A stretch of 64,000 nucleotides of DNA, from sequence record OR352941.1, one strand, 5' to 3'. The translations under genes were made by a program, and so were the position numbers. The notes under the pieces were generated by a model, which saw only the letters and a list, made by a program, of their open reading frames with translations, ran no database searches and was not told the origin of the DNA. Origin of the DNA: Escherichia phage AV111. How positions within the stretch are numbered: the stretch's first letter is position 1; each line of letters opens with the position of its first letter. Positions 23,372-33,425 of the stretch are shown one piece after another.

Positions 23372-24481
23372 ATGATTAGTGTAAAAGAAATAGTAGTAGA
23401 TGCAAAGGATTTAAATAAAGCAATCCCAGTCTCAGAAAGTGCTGGGCAAAGCACTAAAACCGAAACAACTACTAAAACTTATGTTGCTCAATTTCCTACA
23501 GGAAGAGCAGCCGGAAATGACTCCACAGGAGACTTCCAGGTAACAGACCTTTATAAGAATGGATTATTATTTACCGCGTACAATATGTCTGCACGCGATT
23601 CAGGATCCCTCAGGAATTTACGTCCGGCGTATGCCGGGACTTCGTCTAATGGTATCATATCAGATTTAACTGATAACGTGAAAGATGCAGTGACTAAATT
23701 CTCAAATGGATTGCTTCCTGCCGGAGCTAATAAGTCTACTATAAACAAAACTCCTGTTGCTAATATACTTTTGCCACGTTCCAAATCTGACGTCGATACA
23801 ACTTCACATCGTTTTAATGATATCGGTGATAGCCTTATTACTAAAGGTGGAGGTACTGCTACGGGTGTTTTAAGTAACATTGCTTCTACTGCAGTTTTTG
23901 GTGCATTAGATTCTATTACTCAAGGGCTTATGGCTGATAATAACGAACAGATTTATACGACTTCTCGTAGTATGTATGGTGGTGCTGAGAACCGTACTAA
24001 AGTCTTTACATGGGATTTAACTCCACGTTCAACTGAAGACCTTATGGCTATTATAAACATTTACCAGTATTTTAACTATTTCTCATATGGTGAGACCGGT
24101 AAATCACAGTACGCCCAAGAGATTAAAAGTTATTTAGACGAATGGTACCGTTCAACGTTTATTGAGCCTATGACACCGGACGATGCAGTAAAAAATAAGA
24201 CATTGTTTGAAAAGATTACTGCGTCATTAACAAATGTATTAGTTGTAAGCAACCCTACGATTTGGATGGTTAAAAACTTTGGACACACATCTAAATTTGA
24301 CGGGTTAACTGATGTATTTGGCCCATGTCAAATTCAAAGCGTACGTTTTGATAAAACTCCAAATGGACAATTTAATGGTCTTGCTGTTGCTCCTAACTTA
24401 CCGTCAACATTTACGTTAGAGATAACAATGCGAGAAATTATTACATTAAACCGTTCTTCACTTTATGCGGGGACTTTCTAA
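23372..24481 (+). CDS. 48: Baseplate tail tube cap gp48
   Basis: 369 aa; synteny 29-48-54. Confidence 0.85.
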   Translation: MISVKEIVVDAKDLNKAIPVSESAGQSTKTETTTKTYVAQFPTGRAAGNDSTGDFQVTDLYKNGLLFTAYNMSARDSGSLRNLRPAYAGTSSNGIISDLTDNVKDAVTKFSNGLLPAGANKSTINKTPVANILLPRSKSDVDTTSHRFNDIGDSLITKGGGTATGVLSNIASTAVFGALDSITQGLMADNNEQIYTTSRSMYGGAENRTKVFTWDLTPRSTEDLMAIINIYQYFNYFSYGETGKSQYAQEIKSYLDEWYRSTFIEPMTPDDAVKNKTLFEKITASLTNVLVVSNPTIWMVKNFGHTSKFDGLTDVFGPCQIQSVRFDKTPNGQFNGLAVAPNLPSTFTLEITMREIITLNRSSLYAGTF

Positions 24482-25443
24482 TGTACTCTTTAGAAGAATT
24501 TAATAACCAAGCTATAAATGCAGATTTCCAACGAAACAATATGTTTAGTTGTGTATTTGCTACTACACCGTCGACCAAATCGTCTTCACTAATTTCGTCA
24601 ATTGGTAGTTTTGCTTATAATAACTTAGGGTTGGATTCTGATTGGTTAGGATTAACTCAAGGTGATATCAATCAGGGCGTAACAACCCTGATTACAGCAG
24701 GAACACAGAAATTAATTCGAAAATCAGGTGTAAGTAAATATTTGATTGGAGCAATGAGTCAACGTACGGTACAGAGTTTGTTAGGCGAATTCACAGTAGG
24801 ATCTTATCTAATAGACTTCTTCAATATGGCATATAACAATACAGGTTTAATGATTTATTCTGTAAAAATGCCTGAGAACCGATTATCTTATGAAACGGAT
24901 TTCAACTATAACTCACCGAACATCCGAATTACCGGTCGTGAAATGGACCCGTTAGTAATAAGCTTTAGAATGGATTCTGAAGCATCTAACTTTAGAGCAA
25001 TGCAAGACTGGGTAAACTCGGTCCAAGACCCTGTAACAGGTCTTCGCGCTTTACCACAAGACGTCGAAGCGGATATTCAGGTTAATTTACATGCACGAAA
25101 TGGTTTACCACATACCGCTGTCATGTTCACTGGATGTATTCCTGTTAGTGTCTCTTCTCCTGAGTTAACATATGATGGTGATAATCAAATAACAGTTTTT
25201 GACGTAACATTTGCTTATCGCGTTATGCAATCAGGTGCTGTAAATAGACAGGCTGCTTTAGAATGGTTAGAATCAGGACTTATTAGTAGTGTTTCAGGAA
25301 TGTTTGGAAATAATCAGAATGATTCTGGTCTAGGAAGTGCAGTATCAAGACTTTCTAGATTAGGTGGGACTGCTGGAGGTGTGTCTAATATAAACACATT
25401 GACAGGTGTGGTGAATTCTGCGTCAAGAGTTTTAGGACTATAA
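24481..25443 (+). CDS. 54: Baseplate tail tube initiator gp54
   Basis: 320 aa as in T4 gp54; gp19/gp48-like tube fold family by position. Confidence 0.85.
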   Translation: MYSLEEFNNQAINADFQRNNMFSCVFATTPSTKSSSLISSIGSFAYNNLGLDSDWLGLTQGDINQGVTTLITAGTQKLIRKSGVSKYLIGAMSQRTVQSLLGEFTVGSYLIDFFNMAYNNTGLMIYSVKMPENRLSYETDFNYNSPNIRITGREMDPLVISFRMDSEASNFRAMQDWVNSVQDPVTGLRALPQDVEADIQVNLHARNGLPHTAVMFTGCIPVSVSSPELTYDGDNQITVFDVTFAYRVMQSGAVNRQAALEWLESGLISSVSGMFGNNQNDSGLGSAVSRLSRLGGTAGGVSNINTLTGVVNSASRVLGL

Positions 25444-25449
25444 GAAAAA

Positions 25450-25466
25450 GGGAGACAACGTCTCCC
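25450..25466. terminator. Hairpin gggagacaacgtctccc between convergent gene 54 and the alt-region genes
   Basis: 7-bp GC stem identical to the repeated gggagac stem family; T-rich flank. Confidence 0.5.
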
Positions 25467-25475
25467 TTTAGGGGT

Positions 25476-25769
25476 TTATTTACGGAATGAAAGGAATGCT
25501 GGTGCTCGGAATGGAGTATCATCTTTAGAGTATTTAACTAATACGACCATTGGTACCTCTGTTTCTAAATGTCCTGTCAATACACCGATAAAAATTTGAT
25601 CAGTGTGCTCAGGGTCACGAAAGTTTTTAAGAGGTTCCATAGCAATATGGAATGCACCTGGGAATACTCGATTCAATTCGTCAATCACAGCTTCGTTAAA
25701 AACATCATCTGCCGGGATAACATCTTCAACTACTAGTTCTTGACCATTAAAGCGAAGCATAGATTTCAT
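25476..25769 (-). CDS. Hypothetical protein (alt.-x-like); start placed at internal Met with SD
   Basis: ORF track gives 121 aa from 25841, but the N-terminal 24 codons overlap an early-type promoter (25798-25828); SD gaggaaaacg precedes MKSMLRFNG... Confidence 0.5.
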   Translation of the reverse strand: MKSMLRFNGQELVVEDVIPADDVFNEAVIDELNRVFPGAFHIAMEPLKNFRDPEHTDQIFIGVLTGHLETEVPMVVLVKYSKDDTPFRAPAFLSFRK

Positions 25770-25827
25770 AACGTTTTCCTCATGTTGTTGATGGGATGAT
25801 AGTATCACACATCCATGTGTTTGTAAA

Positions 25828-27915
25828 CTATCCTTGGACAAATTTAAACGGAACTGATTCTAAATCCATTAAAGATGCTAACAATTTCAAACCTTTAGGT
25901 GCACTAGTTTTTTCTACAAATGAGGAGAACGATACCGGCTCATCCGATTCGATTTCACCCGTCATAGCAACCACCTCGCCTGTTTCCATGAGAACATCAC
26001 CATCATAAATGACGGCTTCATCCAACTGGTCTGAGGACATGACTTCAGCTTGAATAAATTTAAGGTTGGATTCTAAACCTGCACCGGTGTCAGATGACGC
26101 ATCTGTAATTTTATTTATCTGCAAGAGAATGCCTCTAGGCAAAATAATTTCTTGCTCATTAGGGTGATTACTCAACTGTCCTGGATAAATCACGTTAACT
26201 TTATGGGCGCCATCGATAGCCCATCCAACGTTAACACGGATTTGTTCTGGTGCATGCATAGCTGTTCTTACTTGACTAGGAGAAATAGTAACACCTTCGT
26301 CATTATTGTCAATGTTAAGCTCTTTGCGAACTTCTTCAGGAGCAAGTCCAAGGGCAACGTTCTCTTTAAACCCACCAAAAATAATAGGAGCTAATGAAGT
26401 AGAAACATAGTTTCTGAAGTAGAATACCTTATTTTTAACCATTGCTTCGTAAATAGGCATTCTGATAGACTGAGCTCTATATAACGTTAGTCCTTCAGGT
26501 AAACGGTCTCCATTTAAAAACGCCGAATCAAGACCATCAATAGCGCGTTTAACTTCATCTTCATCCGCAACATCGTAAAAATCTGGTTTATAACGACCTA
26601 ACAACATATTATTGATATCTATATATGCAGAAGAGGCATATTCACGAATAGCTCGTTTTTCAGCAACAGAGTATTGTTTAGGGTCCCGATTCATTGTTAT
26701 ATTAAAGGTGCCTCTAGCCGATTCTCGGGCATAAGTATACATCACATTAGACAAGAACGCTGATTTACGTTGTTTCCAAGTTCTTTCAGATACTTCAGCT
26801 AAAACGTCGTCAGGCAGTTGGAAATTATCACGTCTAAAATCTTCAAACCATTCGTCTTTAATAGAGTCTGCAATTTCATTTGCAGCTTCAACAAAAGCAG
26901 CTAATGCTTTAACAGATGTTGTTTTTTCAGTTTTAATTTTCTTAGCAAACTTTTCTAAAGTTGGCTTAATAACACTACCATAAGAAACTTCATCAGCAAA
27001 TCTAAAGGATTCATCAATACGATTATAAATCTTATTTTCGATATCAGCAACTAAAGTGCCTTTTGCTGTGGATGATGCTTGGGCTAGTACGATTTCATAT
27101 GCTTCAGGAAGTAATTCGGCTGTAGCCGGGCCACTAACTTCTTTAGCAGAATTTTCGTATTTCTGGAATAACTCACCTTCTTGGCGGTCAGCTTCTAAAG
27201 ATTGGCTTGCGGCAATAGCGCGCCGAGAAATTTTAGTACGAGCAATAACAGGCTTATCTTTACGTTTTTCTTCTACAGCAGCAATAGAACCAGCGATAGC
27301 CGTTTCTTTGGTGACCTTTTCACCAGTCTTTTTACTCACATAAACTTCGCCAACATCAGAATCTACTTTCGTGTACAACTCTGTGTTAATGTTAGGGATG
27401 CCTTTAATATCTTCAATGTTGGCATTTTTACGAACCATCATCACATAGGTGTGTTTACCTGTGAATTGATACATTGCCGACAATACTTTAAAACGACCAC
27501 CGGTTTTAGTAGAAACTAAACGAGCAAGAAGAGTTTGAAGCTGATGTCCACGTCCTTTCAATTTCTTGGTAGGGAACCGGAACAGAACTGCATCCATACG
27601 AAGAGCTTTAACCTGTTCATATACTGTATTGAAAATAGTGTTGATTGCATCAATAGGAGCAGGACCAAGGCCATTTTTCAATTCAGCGAGATTACCCTTT
27701 TCAGACAGACTCATAATAACAACATGAGCGTATTTGTCGCCAAGTTTAACTTGTTTTACAGCGTCGCCTTCGGAAAGGTAAGAGAATAAACGAACTACGA
27801 TGTTTGTATCGATATCACCAATTTTCCAGACTTGTGGAACTTTAGCTTTAGGGTTCAAATTGACGACAGGAAGACTGCCTTCAGATTCAAACACTTCATT
27901 TAATTGTTCAGACAT
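25828..27915 (-). CDS. alt: Alt-like mono-ADP-ribosyltransferase (packaged, modifies host RNA polymerase)
   Basis: 695 aa; C-terminal ART motifs YRAQS..(R), VSTSL (STS) and E-containing loop; T4 Alt is 682 aa at this locus. Confidence 0.85.
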   Translation of the reverse strand: MSEQLNEVFESEGSLPVVNLNPKAKVPQVWKIGDIDTNIVVRLFSYLSEGDAVKQVKLGDKYAHVVIMSLSEKGNLAELKNGLGPAPIDAINTIFNTVYEQVKALRMDAVLFRFPTKKLKGRGHQLQTLLARLVSTKTGGRFKVLSAMYQFTGKHTYVMMVRKNANIEDIKGIPNINTELYTKVDSDVGEVYVSKKTGEKVTKETAIAGSIAAVEEKRKDKPVIARTKISRRAIAASQSLEADRQEGELFQKYENSAKEVSGPATAELLPEAYEIVLAQASSTAKGTLVADIENKIYNRIDESFRFADEVSYGSVIKPTLEKFAKKIKTEKTTSVKALAAFVEAANEIADSIKDEWFEDFRRDNFQLPDDVLAEVSERTWKQRKSAFLSNVMYTYARESARGTFNITMNRDPKQYSVAEKRAIREYASSAYIDINNMLLGRYKPDFYDVADEDEVKRAIDGLDSAFLNGDRLPEGLTLYRAQSIRMPIYEAMVKNKVFYFRNYVSTSLAPIIFGGFKENVALGLAPEEVRKELNIDNNDEGVTISPSQVRTAMHAPEQIRVNVGWAIDGAHKVNVIYPGQLSNHPNEQEIILPRGILLQINKITDASSDTGAGLESNLKFIQAEVMSSDQLDEAVIYDGDVLMETGEVVAMTGEIESDEPVSFSSFVEKTSAPKGLKLLASLMDLESVPFKFVQG

Positions 27916-27956
27916 AGTGTTTTCCTTTTAGTAATAATTTATATTTATGCCAAAAA

Positions 27957-27970
27957 GAGCCCGAAGGCTC
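27957..27970 (-). terminator. Hairpin gagccUUCGggctc plus U-run (minus sense) downstream of alt
   Basis: Stem-loop with UUCG loop in the minus-strand sense, followed by UUUUG. Confidence 0.5.
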
Positions 27971-28159
27971 TTAATCCACAATCGGGAGCAAAGTACGATA
28001 AACTTCAAAATTAGGGCCTTTTTCGTACCCATTAACGTTATCTACGAAAACCCGATACGAATTTTCATTAGGAAAATCTAATATAATCTGAGAGCAAGAG
28101 GTGGAAACATCTCCACCATCCTTCTTAGCTACAATAACTGTTTCTAAATAAGCTTTCAT
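27971..28159 (-). CDS. Hypothetical small protein
   Basis: ORF track 69 aa; probable start MKAYLETV overlapping the gene 30 stop. Confidence 0.45.
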   Translation of the reverse strand: MKAYLETVIVAKKDGGDVSTSCSQIILDFPNENSYRVFVDNVNGYEKGPNFEVYRTLLPIVD

Positions 28160-29652
28160 TATAAACCTGTCTGGGACCACGGTCCAAATACGTCTTCAAA
28201 CGAATCCGCTTCTGTTTTATCAAAACGGAACCCTTTAATAATTGGAAGGAAAATACCTACAGTACCTTCACGGCCTTTAGAATGAACCCAACCATTACAT
28301 TCACAATCAGCGATACGTCCAATTAATTTACCTTCACGAGCTTCGGTCATTAATCGTTCACGGTCTAAATCATGACGCTCGTCTAAAGGAATAAGAACCT
28401 TTACACCGTCAACTGTTTTATGAGTTGTATCTTTAAAACCTGAACCGCAATCGGTTGTAATACGACGACAACGTGATACGAGTTCGACACCACCTAATTT
28501 GTTAGGGTCTTTAGAGTGTTCATAGTATCCTACAACTTCTAAAGCGATATCAATAACTTCTTTAAATTTAATTAGGTTCTTAGAACGTTTGTTTTCCCAA
28601 TATGAATCACGGTTTTTAAGGATAATACCTTCAAGACCTTGGTCAACATATTTTTTATAAACCACTTTAGCTTCGTCAAGATTACGAACTAACTGATTTT
28701 CAATTGGCTCAATTCGTTTAAAGCCTTCAGCCATATTTTCAAGAGCAGCAAAACGAACATCGTATTTCTGACCTTTAATTTTGCCATCAGAATAGACTTC
28801 ATCTAAAGGAACATAGTCCCAGGCTTGAAGAACCATACCTTCAGCTTCTTTAGGAGAAATAGTCCCTTGAAGAGATTTATTTGCTAAACCGTTTGAAGTG
28901 CTACGGTCCGCAACTTGTACTTCTTCGGATTCTTCATTATCACCAAATAAGAACGACAGGTCATTTCCTGAGCTCACAGCCTTTTTAATATCAAATGAAT
29001 GGTAAACTAATTCACCGTCGATTAAAACCCCATTAGGGTGTCTTTCACGAGCTTCTTTAGTCATTTCCATTAGTTCATCCGCTAATAGGGTAAGACCATG
29101 GTATTCATTACCAGCACGAGAAAAGAATTGAACACCATCATCGCGAACTTCAGCGAAACAACGAGCGCCATCGGCTTTTAATTGAGCAAATGCAGGCCAT
29201 TTAATATTTTTAGTAATCAATTTCTCATCATATGCAGATGCTAACATCTGTGGTTGCAATTGAATAAGTCCAGGCCACACCTTATTCGCGATAGACACTG
29301 AAGCACCTACTTCAAGGTCGCGCATCATTACACGACGAAGGACTTCTACATCATCAGGTTTACCGTCAGCGATATAACCCATGAGCTCTTTAATTGCAGC
29401 ATTACCAGTGAGTTTACGAGTGGCTAATGTGAACTCAATAAAATCCAACATGTCATCTAATTCAAGAAGACCATACGCTTGAGACCTTTCACCTGGTCCT
29501 GGCCATTTCTTAATATAATACTGGATACCACGTGCATATGTTAAACGATACACACGTTCAAGTAATTTGTTGTCCTTATTTTTCTTAAGGATTTCCTGTT
29601 TTGTTTTAGTAGAACCGATCGCAGCTATTTGGTTTAAAATATCTAAAATCAT
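28159..29652 (-). CDS. 30: ATP-dependent DNA ligase gp30
   Basis: 497 aa; adenylation motif KADGAR; N-terminus MILDILNQIAAIGSTKTKQEIL matches T4 DNA ligase. Confidence 0.93.
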   Translation of the reverse strand: MILDILNQIAAIGSTKTKQEILKKNKDNKLLERVYRLTYARGIQYYIKKWPGPGERSQAYGLLELDDMLDFIEFTLATRKLTGNAAIKELMGYIADGKPDDVEVLRRVMMRDLEVGASVSIANKVWPGLIQLQPQMLASAYDEKLITKNIKWPAFAQLKADGARCFAEVRDDGVQFFSRAGNEYHGLTLLADELMEMTKEARERHPNGVLIDGELVYHSFDIKKAVSSGNDLSFLFGDNEESEEVQVADRSTSNGLANKSLQGTISPKEAEGMVLQAWDYVPLDEVYSDGKIKGQKYDVRFAALENMAEGFKRIEPIENQLVRNLDEAKVVYKKYVDQGLEGIILKNRDSYWENKRSKNLIKFKEVIDIALEVVGYYEHSKDPNKLGGVELVSRCRRITTDCGSGFKDTTHKTVDGVKVLIPLDERHDLDRERLMTEAREGKLIGRIADCECNGWVHSKGREGTVGIFLPIIKGFRFDKTEADSFEDVFGPWSQTGL

Positions 29653-29918
29653 TTGATGTCCTCGATTTTGGTTACGGTTCTATTATAAGCCACTTCATCT
29701 AGAAGCGATTTCAGCGTTTTCTGATAAGTTGTAATCCATTTACCGAGTCCTTCAACATAGTATTCTGAAATGTAGATGAACCCTTGTTCAACACACTCTT
29801 TAAATATTTCTGCGTCTTTTACTGAACGAAACAATGACCAGTCTCGAAAGAACATGTTAACGTGACCGTAGTCACGTGTGGTATTTTTGCCATCTGTAAT
29901 ATCATGAACTACAAACAT
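29649..29918 (-). CDS. Hypothetical protein (30.1-like)
   Basis: 89-aa ORF immediately upstream of gene 30, translationally coupled. Confidence 0.6.
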   Translation of the reverse strand: MFVVHDITDGKNTTRDYGHVNMFFRDWSLFRSVKDAEIFKECVEQGFIYISEYYVEGLGKWITTYQKTLKSLLDEVAYNRTVTKIEDIK

Positions 29919-29927
29919 AATTAACCC

Positions 29928-30752
29928 TTAACAATTTATAGACCAAGTCCATTTAGACGAATCTAAAGGAAAGTTTTGAATCGTCCACCACGGCTGCATA
30001 TCAGTTGGTCCTGGGGTTCGCCAGGTATATGGAGTACGTGTTGTCGAGGGGCCACCAATTTGATTAGGCCATGCACCTGGACTTGTTGCACCAGATTCTT
30101 TAAGCAAATCCGCCAATCGTTTTAAAAGGTCTTCACGATCTGAATCTGAATTATTCTTAGGCAGAACCAAACGAGATTCAATATCATCCCACGTGTGTAC
30201 ACGTTGTGCAGTACGAGGAATGGCATCACGTTCACCACGAGCCAACCAATAAATCGGTACATTAAGAATTTCTGCCGCATGGTCACAATGATGAGCTAAA
30301 TCGTCAACGTAACAAATTACGTTATATTTTGTTTTAGCTAGTTCGAATAATTGTTCCTTTGAAGAATCATGACCACACATCATTACTTCAGAGAAAGCGC
30401 CTGGGAACAAAGCATTCAAATTAAATTGTCTATTCAATCGAGCATCAATTGAATCACCTAGCGCCGTCACGGCTACAAAATTATAGTCTTCTTTTAGTTT
30501 ATTGATAACTCGAAGAGCATCAGAATAAGGCGCTAAGTAACGAATAAAATCAGAGCTATTATATTTTTCTATTAATTGTTTACCAAGGTTATCGTCGGTA
30601 TTGAACAGTTTACCAGGAGAAATAAATTTTTCGTCCTGAATCATTTTTAAAATATGTTCTAATGGAAGATTATATTTTTGGGCAAAATAAGGAAGTCCAG
30701 ATTGCCAGCTTAAACATACACCATCAATATCAGTTAAAATAGTAGGCTTCAT
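29928..30752 (-). CDS. HAD-like phosphatase/nucleotidase family protein (30.2-like) with unusual Pro/Trp-rich C-terminal tail
   Basis: N-terminal HAD motif I LTDIDGV; C-terminal ~55 aa low-complexity (SPGAWPNQIGGPSTTRTPYTWRTPGPTDMQPWW). Confidence 0.6.
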   Translation of the reverse strand: MKPTILTDIDGVCLSWQSGLPYFAQKYNLPLEHILKMIQDEKFISPGKLFNTDDNLGKQLIEKYNSSDFIRYLAPYSDALRVINKLKEDYNFVAVTALGDSIDARLNRQFNLNALFPGAFSEVMMCGHDSSKEQLFELAKTKYNVICYVDDLAHHCDHAAEILNVPIYWLARGERDAIPRTAQRVHTWDDIESRLVLPKNNSDSDREDLLKRLADLLKESGATSPGAWPNQIGGPSTTRTPYTWRTPGPTDMQPWWTIQNFPLDSSKWTWSINC

Positions 30753-31216
30753 AAAGAGTCTCTTAATAGGTTTAACACATCAATAAATTCAGCTTCGGTT
30801 AGTATTGTATCATCTTTTGTTAGACCACTAGCCATGCTGTGCTTCAAAACTTTTCCTTTCGAGGCTTGTAATGCATCACGAAAGCCCTTGTTTTGGATCG
30901 CTGCTTCAAAATATGCATTTGTGTATAATTCTTTCCACGCCGCGGAGTATCTTGAAAACGGAACTCCAAGCCAAAAGAGGGTCCCACGGTCCTGAGCTCT
31001 AGCATAAGACCTTCCAGCTTGTTGGGCGGCAAGCCCGGATAACCCAAATATACGACGTTGTTGTTCAACATTTTTCACCTTACACCCTTGGAGGAATCCT
31101 TCAAGACCTCCGAATTGAATACCATCCATAACAAAAGGCCATTGGGCGAAATTACTTAATGCACATGACGGCCACTTGAAATTACTTCTTATTTCTAATT
31201 CAGACATCTTTAACAC
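30749..31216 (-). CDS. NADAR (YbiA/DUF1768) family protein, putative ADP-ribosyl-nucleic-acid hydrolase (30.3-like)
   Basis: 155 aa; NADAR-like segments SNFAQWPF, GIQFGGLEGFLQGCK, WKELYTNAYFEAAIQNKGFRDAL. Confidence 0.7.
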   Translation of the reverse strand: MLKMSELEIRSNFKWPSCALSNFAQWPFVMDGIQFGGLEGFLQGCKVKNVEQQRRIFGLSGLAAQQAGRSYARAQDRGTLFWLGVPFSRYSAAWKELYTNAYFEAAIQNKGFRDALQASKGKVLKHSMASGLTKDDTILTEAEFIDVLNLLRDSL

Positions 31217-31418
31217 TTATAATTTCAACATCAGCCCAATGACCGTAACTAGGCAGACGGTCTTCAATGGATAAACCACCGTCATTTTTAAGCATTTTAA
31301 TTGACGTAATGTATGGTTCTAAACGGTTTTCTGCATAATATGGAAAAACGTCTGTTACACGATAAGTAACTTCGATCATTTCCGTACCAAACAATTTCTG
31401 GATTAATTTATTCAACAT
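31200..31418 (-). CDS. Hypothetical protein (30.x cluster)
   Basis: 72-aa ORF in a tightly packed same-strand array. Confidence 0.5.
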   Translation of the reverse strand: MLNKLIQKLFGTEMIEVTYRVTDVFPYYAENRLEPYITSIKMLKNDGGLSIEDRLPSYGHWADVEIISVKDV

Positions 31419-31605
31419 GTTTCAACCCTTTAATAGGAGATAACTCTTTACCCATACGTATATCGGAAGTCCCATCAACCCATTGAACAGCATACGCTTC
31501 ATTGATAATTCCAGCAGTGGTTTTAAATTCATGGAGAACTTTAAAAATCATCCCAGGGATTCCAACACCTTTTAATTGGACTGTTTGTGCTATTAAAAAT
31601 TTCAT
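31408..31605 (-). CDS. Hypothetical protein (30.x cluster)
   Basis: 65-aa ORF overlapping neighbours by a few nt. Confidence 0.5.
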   Translation of the reverse strand: MKFLIAQTVQLKGVGIPGMIFKVLHEFKTTAGIINEAYAVQWVDGTSDIRMGKELSPIKGLKHVE

Positions 31606-31659
31606 ATTTTTCCACTTACTAAAGAAATCATTATACTCTAATCCGTTCTTGGATGTACA

Positions 31660-32274
31660 CTACTTAATGAAATTAATTTCTACCGGATGAACAACAGGTT
31701 GAGCAGTGATATATTGAGTAATTGCTTTCATGACTAGAGCTTCAGAACCAGGATTTTTCTCAACGAATTCACGTGCTAGGTTATGAGCTTCGAGTTCACT
31801 CAATAAACCGGAACGCTGGCATCCACGGTCTTGAGTACCCTGTTCAGATAAAAGGACTACTACATATTTTTCATCGTCGTAGGGCTTAGCCAGTTGAGCA
31901 AATGTTCCTTTACTTCCAAAAGGAGAGTTATGTCGCCACATCACGCCGTGAGGAGTTTCAACCTTCGTATATTCGTGCGGTCCATTTTTCTTAGTTTCTT
32001 GATGTGGAACTTCATAAACCTTAGGGTTAGGACATTCAATAAAATGCTCATCTAAATCGGTCGAGAATATTAAAGTAAAACAATTACTGAATTTACCAAC
32101 ACCGGCCTGATAAATTTTACCTTCAGAAGTTCTAATTTCACAAACTGAGCCGGCATCAGTAACTTCTAAAACTTCAAAAGGCTCAATAAGGTCATATGAG
32201 AACATGTTTTTAAGGCGTGGAGTAATATCCCCATTTTTAAAATTCATTTTATAAAAAGTATTAACTTTAAACAT
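31660..32274 (-). CDS. Hypothetical protein (30.x cluster); start moved to internal Met after SD
   Basis: ORF track 214 aa from 32304; the first 10 codons lie in hairpin gggagcUUCGgccccc (32286-32302); SD GAGGA precedes MFKVNTFYKM. Confidence 0.55.
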   Translation of the reverse strand: MFKVNTFYKMNFKNGDITPRLKNMFSYDLIEPFEVLEVTDAGSVCEIRTSEGKIYQAGVGKFSNCFTLIFSTDLDEHFIECPNPKVYEVPHQETKKNGPHEYTKVETPHGVMWRHNSPFGSKGTFAQLAKPYDDEKYVVVLLSEQGTQDRGCQRSGLLSELEAHNLAREFVEKNPGSEALVMKAITQYITAQPVVHPVEINFIK

Positions 32275-32309
32275 AATTTCCTCAGTGGGGGCCGAAGCTC
32301 CCAATTAAT

Positions 32310-32675
32310 TTAGATATCAAATTCGTTAAGAACTACATCAAAGATTGCTTCGAGATGTTCAGGTTTAGCTCGGTTACTCAGGATATGACGAATCCAAGTT
32401 TTAACCAGAAGTTTACGATTAACACCATTCCAGCAAGGATGAGTACCTAAATCACGCTGACGGAAATCATCATCTAATGCAATTTTAAAATTTGAACCTT
32501 CCATCGTGATTGAAACCGTGATACCATTTTCAAATCGCATATAAACGTAATTAGGAGTCATGCACTGTTCGATTTCACAAACTGTACCGTTTTCGTGTTT
32601 CCATAAGCAAATAACTTCAGAAGAACCAGCAATACCGTTAGAAACATATTTACGTTCGAAGTTGGTGTAGTTCAT
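32310..32675 (-). CDS. Hypothetical protein (30.x cluster)
   Basis: 121-aa ORF with its own early-type promoter at 32717-32745. Confidence 0.55.
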   Translation of the reverse strand: MNYTNFERKYVSNGIAGSSEVICLWKHENGTVCEIEQCMTPNYVYMRFENGITVSITMEGSNFKIALDDDFRQRDLGTHPCWNGVNRKLLVKTWIRHILSNRAKPEHLEAIFDVVLNEFDI

Positions 32676-32749
32676 TTTATTCTCCAGATGTTTAAGTTGT
32701 TTGTTGGTACAGGTCTATAATAACATAACCTGTACCAAAGTAAACTGTT

Positions 32750-33118
32750 TTATGCAACTTTAATCCAATTGTCTAAATTTAAAACACCTTTGGCTTTCAT
32801 TTTTTCTATCAGGTTATCTGCTGTAATGCGTCCATTTTGATACCATGTAACATCTTCAGAGTAACCAGTTTCTTCGTCAACATATGTTTCTGAGCGAATT
32901 TTACCGGTAATAATAGTTTTTAATTCGTATGTGTCACCCGTGAAAAAGTTTGCTAACACAATTTTCCAAGAGAAATCATCAGAAGGACCTTCAGGGGTCA
33001 TACAACTTACGATCTCAAATTGCTCTTTGTATAACATCCACTGGAATTCTTTAATTTCGATAGCTTTATAACCATCGTGGTCTTTACATTTGATGTATGA
33101 GTTCAGATTGATTTTCAT
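32750..33118 (-). CDS. Hypothetical protein (30.x cluster)
   Basis: 122-aa ORF with early-type promoter at 33161-33189. Confidence 0.55.
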   Translation of the reverse strand: MKINLNSYIKCKDHDGYKAIEIKEFQWMLYKEQFEIVSCMTPEGPSDDFSWKIVLANFFTGDTYELKTIITGKIRSETYVDEETGYSEDVTWYQNGRITADNLIEKMKAKGVLNLDNWIKVA

Positions 33119-33225
33119 TTTGTTCTCCAGGTTGTTTTATTGATTAGATGGTACAAGTCTATAGTAACACATCCTACAGGAGAGTAAACATCTTTTTAAA
33201 CTTTTTCTGCCCTAAACGCACAAAA

Positions 33226-33243
33226 GGGAGACCGAAGTCTCCC
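33226..33243 (-). terminator. Hairpin gggagaCUUCGgtctccc (minus sense) plus U-run downstream of the 58-aa basic ORF
   Basis: Same 18-mer as at 10325 and 49988, in the opposite orientation so the UUCG loop is in the minus-strand transcript. Confidence 0.6.
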
Positions 33244-33248
33244 TAAAA

Positions 33249-33425
33249 TTATGCAACAACCTTTCCAAAACGAGAAGCATCATCTCGAAGAACTGCACGT
33301 GCTCTGCGCATGATCTTCTCAACAGTTTGATTGATACGAGAGTTCGACCCACGCTTGTAGCCAGCGCGTTTAGAATCACCAACTTTCTTTTCAACTGCTT
33401 TCTTTGCTTTAACTTGTTTTGCCAT
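33249..33425 (-). CDS. Small lysine/arginine-rich protein (58 aa, 30.9-like)
   Basis: Hand-translated MAKQVKAKKAVEKKVGDSKRAGYKRGSNSRINQTVEKIMRRARAVLRDDASRFGKVVA; below the ORF-track cutoff; the plus-strand ORF 33212-33394 is its antisense artifact. Confidence 0.6.
   Translation of the reverse strand: MAKQVKAKKAVEKKVGDSKRAGYKRGSNSRINQTVEKIMRRARAVLRDDASRFGKVVA

Noticed and set aside
33212-33394. Plus-strand 60-aa ORF
   Set aside because: Antisense to the 58-aa basic protein gene (33249-33425), which has a canonical ATG, terminator hairpin and T4-like gene context.
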